Shown: in pieces, positions 23,342 to 34,662 of the stretch | How the letters are laid out: every line of letters begins with the position of its first letter | Numbering within the stretch: position 1 is the stretch's first letter | NCBI GenBank assembly: GCA_963741205.1 | Contig: CAVUHW010000018.1 | Location: forward strand, 96,001-160,000 | From: Nitrospirota bacterium | Lineage (GTDB): Bacteria > Nitrospirota > UBA9217 | DNA length: 64,000 bases | Reading direction: 5' to 3' | The notes under the pieces: generated by a model | What the model was told of the DNA's origin: nothing | Seen by the model: the letters and a program-made list of their open reading frames with translations, nothing else | Database searches by the model: none | Position numbers and translations under genes: made by a program

Positions 23342-23803
23342 TCAGGTACTCAATCTCTTCATCAACTCACCCAGAAGCGCGGTCTGCGCGGGATTGATCT
23401 TTTCCCTTGCACCCTCGATTGTAAACCATCCGGCCCTATCCACTTCCGGGAACTCCTGCATCTTTCCGCTCTTCGGCGGCCATTCGAGAGTGAAGGTATT
23501 GCTCCGTATCGTTTCGGCGTTGCAGTCCCCTTCCACGGCCCAGGCAAGTACGATCTTGCCGCTCTTCTGCGTCACGGACAAAAGAGGGATAAAGTTCCCT
23601 TCGGCCCTGCACCCGGTCTCTTCCTCGAACTCCCGTTTTGCGGCAGCAAGCGCGTCCTCTCCTTCATCGAGCTCCCCTTTCGGGACGGACCAGGCGCCCG
23701 CATCCTTTTTCGCAAAGAACGGCCCGCCGGGATGGACGAGGAAGACTTTAAGGGCGCTGTTTTCCCTTTTAAAGAGAAGAATCCCCGCGCTGGTCTTCGG
23801 CAT
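23342..23803 (-). CDS. NUDIX hydrolase
   Basis: VHPGGPF, WSVPKGE...AAAKREFEEETG and FPEVDRA. Confidence 0.9.
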   Translation of the reverse strand: MPKTSAGILLFKRENSALKVFLVHPGGPFFAKKDAGAWSVPKGELDEGEDALAAAKREFEEETGCRAEGNFIPLLSVTQKSGKIVLAWAVEGDCNAETIRSNTFTLEWPPKSGKMQEFPEVDRAGWFTIEGAREKINPAQTALLGELMKRLST

Positions 23804-23840
23804 AATTCGCCTACCTCTCGTAAACAAAATCAAGACCTTG

Positions 23841-23934
23841 AACCGCCAAGGCGCAAAGGTCGCGAAGGTTTAGAGCTTTAAACCCGGAGTTTAGAATTTA
23901 AGATTTCCTTTGCGTCCTTCGCGACTTCGCGGTG
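23841..23934. repeat. degenerate nonamer-type inverted repeat pair
   Basis: aaccgccaaggcgcaaaggtcgcgaagg ... cctttgcgtccttcgcgacttcgcggt. Confidence 0.7.
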
Positions 23935-24016
23935 ATAATTTTCTTGCCGTTTTGAGAAGACTTAATTATCCAATTAACAGTATAGCGGAAAGCGGAGGCA
24001 AGCGGGATGACACTTT

Positions 24017-24113
24017 ACCCCGTTAGAGAAAGCCGCCATCACTGATGGCGGCCAAAGAGATCGAAGTGCAAATCCGCATCCATAAATGTCAGGGAACTTT
24101 TTCTCTAACGGGG
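24017..24113. mobile_element. 97-bp MITE-like element with perfect 15-bp terminal inverted repeats
   Basis: ACCCCGTTAGAGAAA ... TTTCTCTAACGGGGT, with an internal palindrome gccgccatca-c-tgatggcggc. Confidence 0.7.
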
Positions 24114-24179
24114 TTTACTTCATCTCTTCATGCGTCTATAATCGTCATTATTACAAAGCGCACGACGAGGTAGGACAAA

Positions 24180-24671
24180 ATGAAAATAGAGCTCACCAAG
24201 GAAGAGTATCGCTATCTCCTGGATCTGCTGTATACAGCCAATTGGGTCCTCAATGCCCATAAAGCCGAGGAAGACCCCCGCACAAAACCTTACGACAAGG
24301 TCATTCAGAAAATCTACTCCCTGGCCAGGCCAACGGGATTCGGCAGTTTGATCGAATACGACCCGCATGACCGGCGCTACTACCCTACCGGGGAATTTGA
24401 AGATGCCACGGAGGCTGCGGAATTCATCGATGAATATGTCGACGATACTTTTTGGGACGAACTGGTTTACCGGCTCTCGGAGCGGGACGCCGCCCACCGG
24501 GTGGGAGGTTACGAGCAGTTTCGCCTGCTCAGTCCAGAAGACCGCACAGCGCTGGAGACCCCCGCCCATGAGAGGTATGCCGAGGAGTTCAAGAAGAACG
24601 GGATCCAACATCTCGTGATAACCGAAGAGTTCGGTCTGAGCGCCGCGAAACCAGTAAAGACATCGGACTAG
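24180..24671 (+). CDS. hypothetical acidic protein
   Basis: Intact 163-aa ORF with aggac RBS; no family recognised. Confidence 0.75.
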   Translation: MKIELTKEEYRYLLDLLYTANWVLNAHKAEEDPRTKPYDKVIQKIYSLARPTGFGSLIEYDPHDRRYYPTGEFEDATEAAEFIDEYVDDTFWDELVYRLSERDAAHRVGGYEQFRLLSPEDRTALETPAHERYAEEFKKNGIQHLVITEEFGLSAAKPVKTSD

Positions 24672-24742
24672 GGCAGGGTCATCTTTACAGTACTGCCCTG
24701 TCCGTCTATAATGAAGCCATCGACGCACCGGAGGCATCGGTA

Positions 24743-25801
24743 ATGAAAAAAACCATAGCTGTCCTCATCATTCCCCTGCTGTTGGGCTGCCTGAGCAAAA
24801 AGCCGGAAACGGCGCCGCTCTCTTTCATCGAACGTCATATGAAGAACGTGACCCAGCTTACCCATGACGGCGACAACGGCGAGGCCTATTTCTCCTGGGA
24901 CGGGAAGAAACTCATATTCCAGTCGAACCGCGAGGGATACGGCTGCGACAAGATCTGGACCATGAACATCGACGGGTCGGACCTGCGCATGGTCAGCCCC
25001 GAGCCACGGGGCGCATACCTGCTCGTTCTTCTGCCCTGATGAGAAGCGCGATCGTCTTTGCTTCGACGAGCCACCTTGCCGGCGACTGCCCGCCGAAAGG
25101 ACTGACTCCCGGCCGGCTATGTCTGGCCGCTCTATCCCTACGATATCTTCTCCGTGAACCTCGACGGAACCGACCTCAGGCAATTGACCGACAATCCCAA
25201 ATATGACGCCGAACCCGTCGTGTCCCCTGACGGAAAGCAGATCGTATTCGGCTCGCAGCGGGAAGGCGATTTCGACATTTACATTATGAACATCGACGGT
25301 TCCAACGTGCGCAGGCTCACGGATCGCGTGGGCTATGACGGCGGCCCGTGGTTCTCTCCCGACGGAAAGAAAATCGTCTGGCGCGCCTGGTATCCCGAGA
25401 CGGAAGAAGAGAAGGCGCTCTGGAAAGACTGCATGGAGAAGAACTATATCGTCGCCGTCCCCCTCGACATCTGGGTCATGGACGTGGACGGGTCGAACAA
25501 GAAGCGGCTTCTGCACAACGGCGCCACGAACTGGGCGCCCTCATGGCATCCCGACGGGAAACGCATTATTTTCTCCAGCAACATGGACGACTGGCACGCA
25601 GACATCGGGAAATTCGGCCACAATTTCGAACTCTATCTTATCAACCTCGACGGCACGGGCCTTGAGCGCATCACCTTCAACACGGTGTTCGACAGCTTCC
25701 CCATGTTCTCACCGGACGGGAAGAAAATCGTCTTCGGGTCGAACCGCAGCTCGCAAAATCCGCATGAGACGGACATCTTCATCGCGGATTGGGAAGAATG
25801 A
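24743..25801 (+). CDS. TolB-like PD40 beta-propeller lipoprotein (frameshifted)
   Basis: Lipobox LLGC, GEAYFSWDGKKLIFQS, repeated SPDGK.IVF units, FPMFSPDG. Confidence 0.9.
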
Positions 25802-26001
25802 CAACGGAGTGCGATCATGACCGCATTGATCTATTTGACTGCATCCCCCTCTAAATCTCCACCTTGAAGATACGGGCATGCACCAGATCGTAATGGTTCC
25901 TCGCAAGCCTTCAAGAGGAGATCTAGGAATGGCGGATGACCGTTCTCGTGGGACTGTGGCTGCGGCAAGCTCCTGCTGCCAATTGAGGAATATTGCAAAT
26001 C

Positions 26002-29000
26002 ATGAATCGCGGATTATTCACTTCTTTATTCCTCATTATGTTATTCCAAACGACTCCCCTCTTCGCCCAATCCTCCTACTTTCATCACGACCTCTCGGTC
26101 ACCGTCTCGCCCTCGGAGCACCGCATCACGGTCGTGGACACCGTCACCTTGCCGAAGGAGACCCCCGGGGAGGTCCGGTTTACGCTTCACAGCGGTTTGA
26201 AACCGGCCTCAACGACGCCCCGGGTCAGCGTCATCAAACAGGCTGATGAACGCGGACCCGTGCCCCTCGAATCATACCAGGTCAATATCCCTCGGGACCT
26301 CAGGGCCTTCGTGATCACCTACGAGGGAAGCATTTACCATCCCGTCGAACAGACCGGCAAAGAGCAGGCGCGGGGCTTCAGCGAGTCTCCAGGCATCGTT
26401 TCCCCTGAAGGCGTGTACCTGTCAGGCGCGTCCGGCTGGTATCCCGACTTCGGCTCATCCCTGGTGACCTTCGACCTCGATGTGAGGCTGCCTTCCGGCT
26501 GGGACGCGGTGAGCCAGGGCGCACGGGCCATCCGCGATCAGGGCGGCAACGCGGCATTCCTGCGCTGGAATTCTCCGGAGCCGCAGGAGGCGATCTTCCT
26601 CATCGCCGCCCCCTTTGCCTCCTACGAGAAAGAGGCGGGCCCGCTCACGGCCATGGTCTTCCTGCGCGCGCCGGACCCGGCCCTGGCGGACAAGTACCTT
26701 GACGCCACGGTGCGCTACATCGACCTGTACAGCAGGCTCATCGGTCCCTATCCCTACAAGAAGTTCGCCCTTGTCGAGAACTTCTGGGAAACGGGTTTCG
26801 GCATGCCGTCGTTTACGCTCCTGGGCCCGCAAGTGATCCGCCTTCCCTTCATCATCAACACCTCCTACCCCCACGAGATCCTGCACAACTGGTGGGGCAA
26901 CAGCGTGTACCCGGATTATGAAAAAGGCAATTGGTCCGAGGGTCTCACGGCATACCTCGCCGACCACCTGCTCCGCGAGCAGCAGGGAAGCGGAGCCGAA
27001 TACCGCGTCGCCACGCTCCAGAAGTATGCGGACTACGTGCGCGGCAGCAAGGATTTCCCGCTTACTGACTTTCGGTCCCGCCACAGTCCCTCCACGGAAG
27101 CCGTGGGCTACGGCAAGTCCATGATGTTCTTCCACATGCTGCGGCTCGAGCTTGGCGACGACGCGTTTCGAAAGGGGCTCAGGGAATTCTACCGGAAATA
27201 TAAATTTCACCTCGCCTCCTTCGACGACATCAGGACAACTTTCGAAGCCGTTTCCGGAGCGAACCTCAAACAGGAATTCGAGCAATGGGTGGAGCGCCCC
27301 GGCGCGCCGCAGCTCCAGGTAAAAAGGCCGGCGGCCGCGCCGGAGCAAAACGGCTTTGTCCTCACGGCGACGGTCGAGCAGACCCAGCCCGGCGACGCCT
27401 ACCGTCTGAGGGTCCCCGTTGCCGTGACCATGGAAGGACAAGAGCGAGCGTTCCAGACGACCGCCTTGATGACCGGCAAAAAGCTGGAGCTGAAGCTCGC
27501 GCTGCCCGCGCGGCCGGAGAGGCTCGATATCGATCCCGAGTTCGACCTCTTCCGCAGGCTCGACCGCGACGAGGTCCCGCCCTCGATTTCCCTGGCGCTC
27601 GGTGCAAGAAAAATGCTGGTGATACTCCCCTCAGGGGCCGGCGATAACGCCCTGAGCGCATACCGCGAATTTTCAAGGTTCCTGTCTAAGTCCGGTCCCG
27701 ACGAGGTCGAGGTCAAACTCGATACGGAAGTGAAGGAACTGCCGGCTGACCGCGCAGTAACGGTCCTGGGATGGGAAAACCGTTTTCTCCCCGAGGCCGC
27801 CGCTGCCCTGGAAGGCTATAGTATGACCCTGACGGACCAGTCGGTCCGGATCGACCGGACGACAGTCGACCGCAGGAACCATGCCTTCGTGCTCACGGCC
27901 CGGCTTCCGAAAAACCGCGACATGGCACTCTCGTTGATCGCCGCGGACGTGCCCGGCTCGCTGCCCGGCCTGGCAACGAAGCTCCCCCATTACCACACTT
28001 ACAGCTACCTTGCCTTCGAGGGCGCGGAGCCCGCAAATGTGGCAAAGGGACGGTGGCGCGTTACCGATTCTCCGCTCACTGCCTTTGTCCCGGATAAAAA
28101 AGGGACGATCAATAAAGTCGGGATGGCAAAACTCGCGCCCCGCCAGCCGCTCGCGAGCCTTGAATCGCCCTTTTCACGGGAACGCATGATGGAGACGATA
28201 CGGTTCCTGGCGAGCGAGGACCTCGGCGGACGCGGATTCGGCACGCCGGGACTGGACAAGGCCGCCGACTATATCGCAAAGGAATTCAAGGCCGCGGGTC
28301 TCGCTCCTGGAGGAGACGAGGAAGGCGGCTTTTTCCAGACCTTCGAGGATATCGGCGGCGACGCGGCCCGCGCCGCGACGTTGAAAAACGTCATCGGCGT
28401 CATTCCCGGCAGGAAACCGGAGATGAAACAGCAGAGCGTGGTCGTCGGCGCCCACTACGACCACCTGGGAACGGGATGGCCGGAAACGAGGGATAAAAAA
28501 CCGGGAAAGATCCATCCCGGCGCCGACGACAACGCAAGCGGCGTGGCCGTGCTGATCGAGCTTGCGCGCGTGCTCGCTGCAGGTCCGAGGCCGGACCGGA
28601 CGATCGTGTTCGTCGCCTTCACCGGGGAAGAGGCGGGCAAGCGGGGCTCGAAATATTACGTGGCGCATGAGAAGCGCCTATCCCGCGCAGGACTGCATCG
28701 GCATGGTGAACCTCGATACCGTTGGCCGGCTCGGGAAAAACAAACTCCTGGTCCTCGGCGCCGGGTCAGCGAAGGAATGGGTGCACATCTTCCGCGGAGC
28801 GGGGTTTGTCACGGGCGTGGACATCGAGACCGTGTCCGCCGAACTGGACTCGAGCGATCAGAAGAGCTTTCAGGAAGCGGGGGTGCCGGCGGTCCAGCTC
28901 TTCTCCGGGCCGAACCTGGACTATCATCGCACGACGGACACCGTTGACAAGATAGACGCCGACGGCCTGGTGAAAGTGGCATCCGTGGCAAAAGAAGCGG

Positions 29001-29344
29001 TCGAATATCTCGCGGGTCGTGAAGGGCCGCTGACGCGGTCCACGCAGGAGGGAAGGCCCCCTGCGACTCCATCAGGTCAGCGGAAGGTAGGCCTCGGCAC
29101 TATTCCGGACTTTGCCTACAGCGGAAAGGGCTTCAGGCTTTCCGGCGTGGCAGCGGGCTCTCCGGCGGAAGCTGCGGGACTCAAAGAAGGCGATGTTATC
29201 GTGCGGATGAACAACTCCGCCGTTGAAAGCTTGAAGGATTTTTCCGACATTTTGAAAACATTACATCCCGGGGATAAGGTCTCGATCATCTTCATGCGGG
29301 AGGGGAAGGAATACACGGTTGATTCCCAAGTACGAGAACGCTAG
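26002..29344 (+). CDS. secreted M1-like aminopeptidase + M28 peptidase + PDZ fusion (frameshift near 28675)
   Basis: HEILHNWWGN...WSEG (M1 HExxH..E); GAHYDHLG, GADDNASG and GEE (M28); GLGTIPDF...GSPAEAAGL (PDZ). Confidence 0.9.
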
Positions 29345-29459
29345 TTGACGGCGCCGATCCTATCCTGCTCAATCCGCAATACCAGGCCAAATTAAGGTAT
29401 AGCGGGCCAGTCATTGCCGCATCACTTTCCGCCCTGTCTCGTCCCTCGGCGATCTTCTC

Positions 29460-30197
29460 TCACATCCCCCACTGAAGCCGTTCCGCAAGCCGCGGCGGCA
29501 GACCCGCCGCGATGATCTTGTCCTGGCACGTCCGCATATCGTACTCCACACGGTGGAACGTCACCCTGAGGTCCTGATCGTCATAGACCAGAAAGGCAGG
29601 CCGCGGGTCCCCGTCGCGGGGCTGGCCCACGCTACCCGGGTTGATCAGATACCGCTTTCCCGGAAGCAGTTGAAGATCCTCGAGCGCGAGCACTGTCGAG
29701 ATAACGCCGTGCTGCTCGATCAGGGCCGCCCTTACGTGGGTATGGCCGAAAAACCCTAGGGAGACCGGTCCCGGCAGGCCTGCTAGGAGCCGAAAATTGT
29801 CCTGGGCGTCGTTCCGGTAGAGGATGTAGCGGTCAGTATCGTGGATGGAGCCGTGGAAGAGAAAAAAGTCGCGGATATGCAGTTCGCGAGGCAGGCCCGA
29901 GAGGAATTGCCTGTTCTCGCCGGTGAGCTTTTCCCTGGTCCAGAGAACGGCGGCCCGCGCCAGGGGATTGAAGTCATCAGGTTCTTCGAGACCGGCGGCG
30001 CAGGCGTCATGATTGCCGAGAATGCATCGGACCTTCTCCTTCCGGAGGATGTCCAGGACCTCGTTGGGGTTTGCGTTGTAACCCACCGTATCTCCGAGGC
30101 AGACGAGGTCATCCACCTTCAGTGATTTCATCCGGTCAAGTACCGCGGTCAGCGCTTCCAGGTTCGCATGAATATCGGAGACCACCGCGGTGCGCAT
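29460..30197 (-). CDS. metallophosphoesterase family protein
   Basis: SDIHAN, LGDTVGY, GNHD, HGS, GHTH and NPGSVGQPRDGDP. Confidence 0.95.
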   Translation of the reverse strand: MRTAVVSDIHANLEALTAVLDRMKSLKVDDLVCLGDTVGYNANPNEVLDILRKEKVRCILGNHDACAAGLEEPDDFNPLARAAVLWTREKLTGENRQFLSGLPRELHIRDFFLFHGSIHDTDRYILYRNDAQDNFRLLAGLPGPVSLGFFGHTHVRAALIEQHGVISTVLALEDLQLLPGKRYLINPGSVGQPRDGDPRPAFLVYDDQDLRVTFHRVEYDMRTCQDKIIAAGLPPRLAERLQWGM

Positions 30198-30489
30198 GTC
30201 GCATCCCTCCCTCTTTCGATCAACGCGTCATCCTGAATTAATTCTAGCAAATCCCGCACGCAGTGCTCAATGCCGCGTGGAAGGAGACCGGCGCTGTTCC
30301 TGCCTGCCCTGCGGAATGTGGCAGAGGCGCATGGAGAGGTATGGCCGCGGTTTCCGAAAAGGCTACGTAAACCGGAAGAGGAAGGAACAATTCTGCCGGA
30401 TAAAGGAGTAAAACCGAACGCTTCATGATACCGAAACATGCCTGCGTTCTTCTCTCAACGATGCATGATCGTGGAACATCTGCGGGCAC

Positions 30490-30948
30490 TCATACAGCGC
30501 CGACGAGTCTTTCAAAGTCCGCAACCAGTTCGCGGTTCTGATTTCTGATTTCTCCCGAGAAGACAATAAACCTCCCTTTTCTTCCCGTGATTTTGACCTC
30601 AGCAATAAGGGTGTCACCAGGACCGGCATTTCTCTTATACCGTACGGTCTTTTGAACAACGTGCGGATTGGTTTTCAATCCTTTGTTGGAGACGGAAACG
30701 AGTGCTGCCGCAACCAGGCATATGAACTCGTCCTGGGCATATCCGGGATACGTGGGGGCCCCGGGAAAATGCCCTTCAATATCCTGGTCGTCGGCGCAGA
30801 TTTCCTTAATCCCCAACATTGTTTCAGGAGCTCCGGAATGGTGAAAAACGCCGTCAATCTTTCTCAGCGCATTTCCCCGATGGGGCAATATCTCCTCCAA
30901 ACTCTTTCTGTTGAAGCAGGTGAACAATGCATCTCTGGACATTATCAT
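30490..30948 (-). CDS. divergent FabA/FabZ-like hot-dog dehydratase
   Basis: ILPHR...D, GHFPG.P..PG....E and PGDTL. Confidence 0.75.
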   Translation of the reverse strand: MIMSRDALFTCFNRKSLEEILPHRGNALRKIDGVFHHSGAPETMLGIKEICADDQDIEGHFPGAPTYPGYAQDEFICLVAAALVSVSNKGLKTNPHVVQKTVRYKRNAGPGDTLIAEVKITGRKGRFIVFSGEIRNQNRELVADFERLVGAV

Positions 30949-31030
30949 CTCGTTACTCCCTCTACGGATGTCTTTTTTAAAAGCGATCAACAGGCCGGCT
31001 TGGCCGCGTTCAAAACACCTCGCTGCAAAA

Positions 31031-31987
31031 TCAACTGACTTTCACAACAACTTTTCCCCGCACCCTGCCCGTCTGACTGTAGGCGAGGGCCTCCTTCGCC
31101 TCGTCCAGGGAGAAGACCTTGTCCAGGACGACCTTGATCCTGCCGTCCCCGATCTGTCCGCAGAGCCAAGCCATATCTGCGGCCTTGAAACCCACCATCA
31201 TCGTGGCCGCCTTTTTCCCGGGTAAGAGCGACGTAAGCAGGATATCCCGGAAGATGGAGAGCGACGGCAGCGTATTGATATACACGCCGTTGGCGGTGAG
31301 GACTTTTCTGCATTCTCCGAACGCGCGTGATGACACCGTGTCGAAGATGATGTCATAGCGGTCGCCGGATTGCGTGAAATCGTGGTGATGGTAATCGATC
31401 ACCCGGTCCGCGCCGAGGCCCTTCACCAGGGCCTCATTGGCGCTGCTGCATACCGCCGTAACGTCTGCGCCGTAGAGCTTCGCAATCTGCACTGCGAAGG
31501 TCCCCACCCCGCCCGAGGCGCCGTTGATCAAAACCTTCTTGCCCGCGGCAATGGCGCCCTTGTCCCTGAGTGCGGTATACGCCGTCATACCGGCAATCGG
31601 GATTGCCGCGGCCTCTTCGAAGGACATGCTTTTCGGCTTCGGGAATACGGTCTTTCCCGGGATGGCGGCAAACTCCGCATAAGCACCGAGGCGGAATCCC
31701 GTCGTGGCGAGAACTTCGTCTCCTGGCTTGTACTTTACCACAAGGCTTCCCGTCTTGACGACCTCGCCTGCGCACTCGCTGCCGAGGATCTTCGGAAAGC
31801 TGCTGCCGACAACGATCCTCGTCTGGCCCTCCCGGGTCTTCCAGTCAACGGGGTTCACACCCGCCGCTCGTACACGGACGAGAACGTCGCCGGCTCTCAC
31901 GTACGGCATCGGCATGTCTTTCACTTCGATGACGTCATTGCCGCCGAATGCGTGGATCACGACCGCTTTCATGGTTTCCTTTCCCAT
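31031..31987 (-). CDS. zinc-independent MDR-family NAD(P)-dependent oxidoreductase
   Basis: AAGVNPVDWK, VLINGASGGVG, LGADRVIDY and GKVVV. Confidence 0.9.
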   Translation of the reverse strand: MGKETMKAVVIHAFGGNDVIEVKDMPMPYVRAGDVLVRVRAAGVNPVDWKTREGQTRIVVGSSFPKILGSECAGEVVKTGSLVVKYKPGDEVLATTGFRLGAYAEFAAIPGKTVFPKPKSMSFEEAAAIPIAGMTAYTALRDKGAIAAGKKVLINGASGGVGTFAVQIAKLYGADVTAVCSSANEALVKGLGADRVIDYHHHDFTQSGDRYDIIFDTVSSRAFGECRKVLTANGVYINTLPSLSIFRDILLTSLLPGKKAATMMVGFKAADMAWLCGQIGDGRIKVVLDKVFSLDEAKEALAYSQTGRVRGKVVVKVS

Positions 31988-32029
31988 GGTTCAAAACAAC
32001 AAAATATATTGCCACAAAAGGCACATAAA

Positions 32030-34524
32030 TCAGAAGAGACTTTTATTTCCCTTTGTGCTTTTTGCCTGTGCCCAGCCGCTTATGAGTGCGCATGCGCGAA
32101 TGCGGGGTGTGCCTTTTGTGGCGAATTCTTTTTCCCAAAAATCGGAAACTTCCTTCAGGATGCTCTCCGACACCAGTTCGTGGACATCGGACTCGAACCA
32201 GTCCGCGGGCATGGAACGGGAATAGGCGGGTTGAACGAAGCGGTTGTCCATCAGGACGATGAGGCCGCGGTCGGTCTCGGAGCGGATCACCCTCCCCGCG
32301 GCCTGGATCGCCTTGGACATTGCGGGGATCGCATAGGCATAGTCGAAGCCCGCGCCGTACTGCCTCTGATAATACTCCCGCATCTGTTTCGCGTTCGAGG
32401 TCGAAGTTCGGCAGCGGCGGCCCGACGACGAACGCGCCGATCGCCATCTCGCCCGGATAGTCCACGCCCTCGGAGAATGTGCCGCCCTGCACGGCGAAGA
32501 GGATTGCGGCGCCGGACCCTTCGCGAAGATGTTCCAGGACCGCCTCGACCTGGGCCGCCTTCATGTCCCGCTCCTGCTTGAGGACCGTGAAACCTTCCGG
32601 CGCCTGGAACAGAGCGAGCACTCGTTCAAGGAACTCGAAGCTCGGGAAGAAGGCAAAATAATTTCCCTGGCGCAGTGCCGCTATCCTTTGAACAGCATCG
32701 GCGATCTTGGCATAGTTTCGCTCGCGGTCCGTGTACTTGGTCGAGATCTGGGGAATGATCAGGAGCTTGCGATGCTCCTTGGGAAAGGGGCTTGGAAATT
32801 CGGCTGTCTTTACCGTCTTCGGGATCGAGCCCGGAAAGCTTCGCGTAATAATCAAAGGGCTTTAACGTGGCCGAGAACCCGACCACCTGCTCGTACTCGT
32901 CATAGCAATCCTTGAGCATGGCCGAGGCGTCGCAGCAGGTGATCTTCACGATGCCGCCGCTCGGATGCGGGTGAAAGGTCGTGAAGAACTCCTGCCTGCC
33001 GGGATCAGCAACGTACTCGAGGGCTTCGGTGAATTCGGACCAGTAAAAGCAGAGTCGCAGGATCACATCCCGCGGCTGTATCTCCACGTCGGAGTCGAGG
33101 TAGCGGGAAAGGAGGGCGCGAAGCTTCGCATCCTGCTCGCAGGAAGGCGTCTATCGGCGGGTCGATCTTCGCCGGTTTTGCACTTTCCTCGGACCTGCAG
33201 GAGGCGATCGCCCGGATGCAACCGTCGAGCAGTTCCTCCGCCTCGCGCCGAAAACGCGCGGGGACCATGCGTGATCTCGCCCCGCATCTGCTCGAGCGTG
33301 ATGCTGGAGAGCGAGGGAGAATAGTAGTCCATGGCGCGGGAGGGAAGATTATGGGCTTCATCGATCACGAGGTCGGGCTTTCCCGCCTGATCGACGGCCA
33401 GCGTCGCCAATCTGCCGAGGGAAGAACGCGGGGCAAAGACGTAATTGTAGTCGCAGATGACGACGTCGGCTTCCCGGGCCCCGTCCAGTTGCAGCTCGAA
33501 CGGGCAGACTTCGTATTCTTCTCCCAGCTCGCGGAAGGTGCGGGCCTTGAGCTTCTTCTTTTTCGCGAGAATATCCAGGACCCCGTTATCAGAGACTTTC
33601 GTGTAATAATCGCGGGCGTATTCGCAGAAGTCGGGACTGCAGAGCGGTTCGTTCTTGAAGCAGATCTTGCCTTTTGCCGTAATGGTGAGGGACTTGAGTC
33701 TTCGCTCCGCCCTCCTGAAAGCGCGTGACAGCGTCCTCGGCAACCGAGTGCTGGCTGTTCTTCGGCGTGACGTAGACCACCATCTGGCCCCGGCCCAGCG
33801 CGTCCTTCAGAACGGGAAAGAGAACTCCCGCGGTCTTCCCCAGCCCGGTGGGGGCCTGAATGAGCATCCGTTTCCCCTCGCTCATTCCCTCTTCGATCGT
33901 CTGCATGAGCTCGACCTGGCCGGGGCGCGGGTTTTCGAAGGGGAAAGAAAATTCGGCGGCGATCTTCCTGCGGCGCGCGGCGCGCTTCTCGGCTTTTTTT
34001 ACCTCGAGGACAAGTTCGTCAAGCCGCAGTTCCAGCCATTTCTCGTAAGCAGGGAGATCGAGCGGATATTCGAGATCCAGGGACTCGCCGCTTCGGGTGG
34101 AAACGAGATGGAAGGTGAGGGTGGGAACGACCTTGTGTTCCAGCCAATGGAAGTAGCCGTAGGTCAGGAGTTGGAGACAGTATGGGTGGCCCAGCGGGTT
34201 GTCGGAAAGCCGGCGCGCAAGCTCACGGATATTGAACGCGGCCTTGATCTCTTCGATCTTCGGCGGCTCTCGCCGGAAAATCCCGTCCATCCGTCCGTCG
34301 ATCCGGAACCGATACCCTTCCCTCTCGAAGGTGCGGCTGACGCGGACTTCGGATTCATAGGATGGATCGGACTTCGCCCTCTTCTTCTGCACGCGGACGT
34401 GGATTTCCTGGCCCTCGGCGGCTGCTCGGCCGTATCCTGAATGGGCCTCGATGCTTCCGGTCCTGGGGACCGGCAAGGCAAAATCGCGGAGCGCAATGGG
34501 GATGAGTTTCAGTTCACGGGTCAT
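32030..34524 (-). CDS. PD-(D/E)xK nuclease - XPD/DinG-type Fe-S helicase fusion (several frameshifts)
   Basis: GRMDG...EEIK...QLLTY nuclease motif, QAPTGLGKT, C-x6-C-x4-C...CPFE, DEAHN, FSATL, SEGVD and QAAGRVIR. Confidence 0.9.
32065..32109 (+). mobile_element. 45-bp micro-insertion nested in a nonamer-type repeat (32010-32122)
   Basis: CCTGTGCCCAGCCGCTTATGAGTGCGCATGCGCGAATGCGGGGTG; removing it restores ttgtgctttttg|tgccttttgtggc. Confidence 0.7.
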
Positions 34525-34662
34525 GGATACGTTATGTTATTTCTTTCCAGAACTTGACATGCTCGCGCGAAATATTTTTGTTGCGAGTTGCGCGTTGCGA
34601 GGTAAAAGACTTAACCCGCACCCCGCAACCCGCAACATCATTTGGGCGCGTCGCAGACCGCG

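Noticed and set aside
25845-25927. Hairpin between the PD40 and peptidase genes as a regulatory RNA
   Set aside because: It resembles a degenerate member of the intergenic palindromic repeats; no riboswitch motif was recognised.
30244-30489. Small ORFs between the phosphoesterase and FabZ-like genes
   Set aside because: No motif, conflicting overlapping frames and no clear RBS; cannot be supported.
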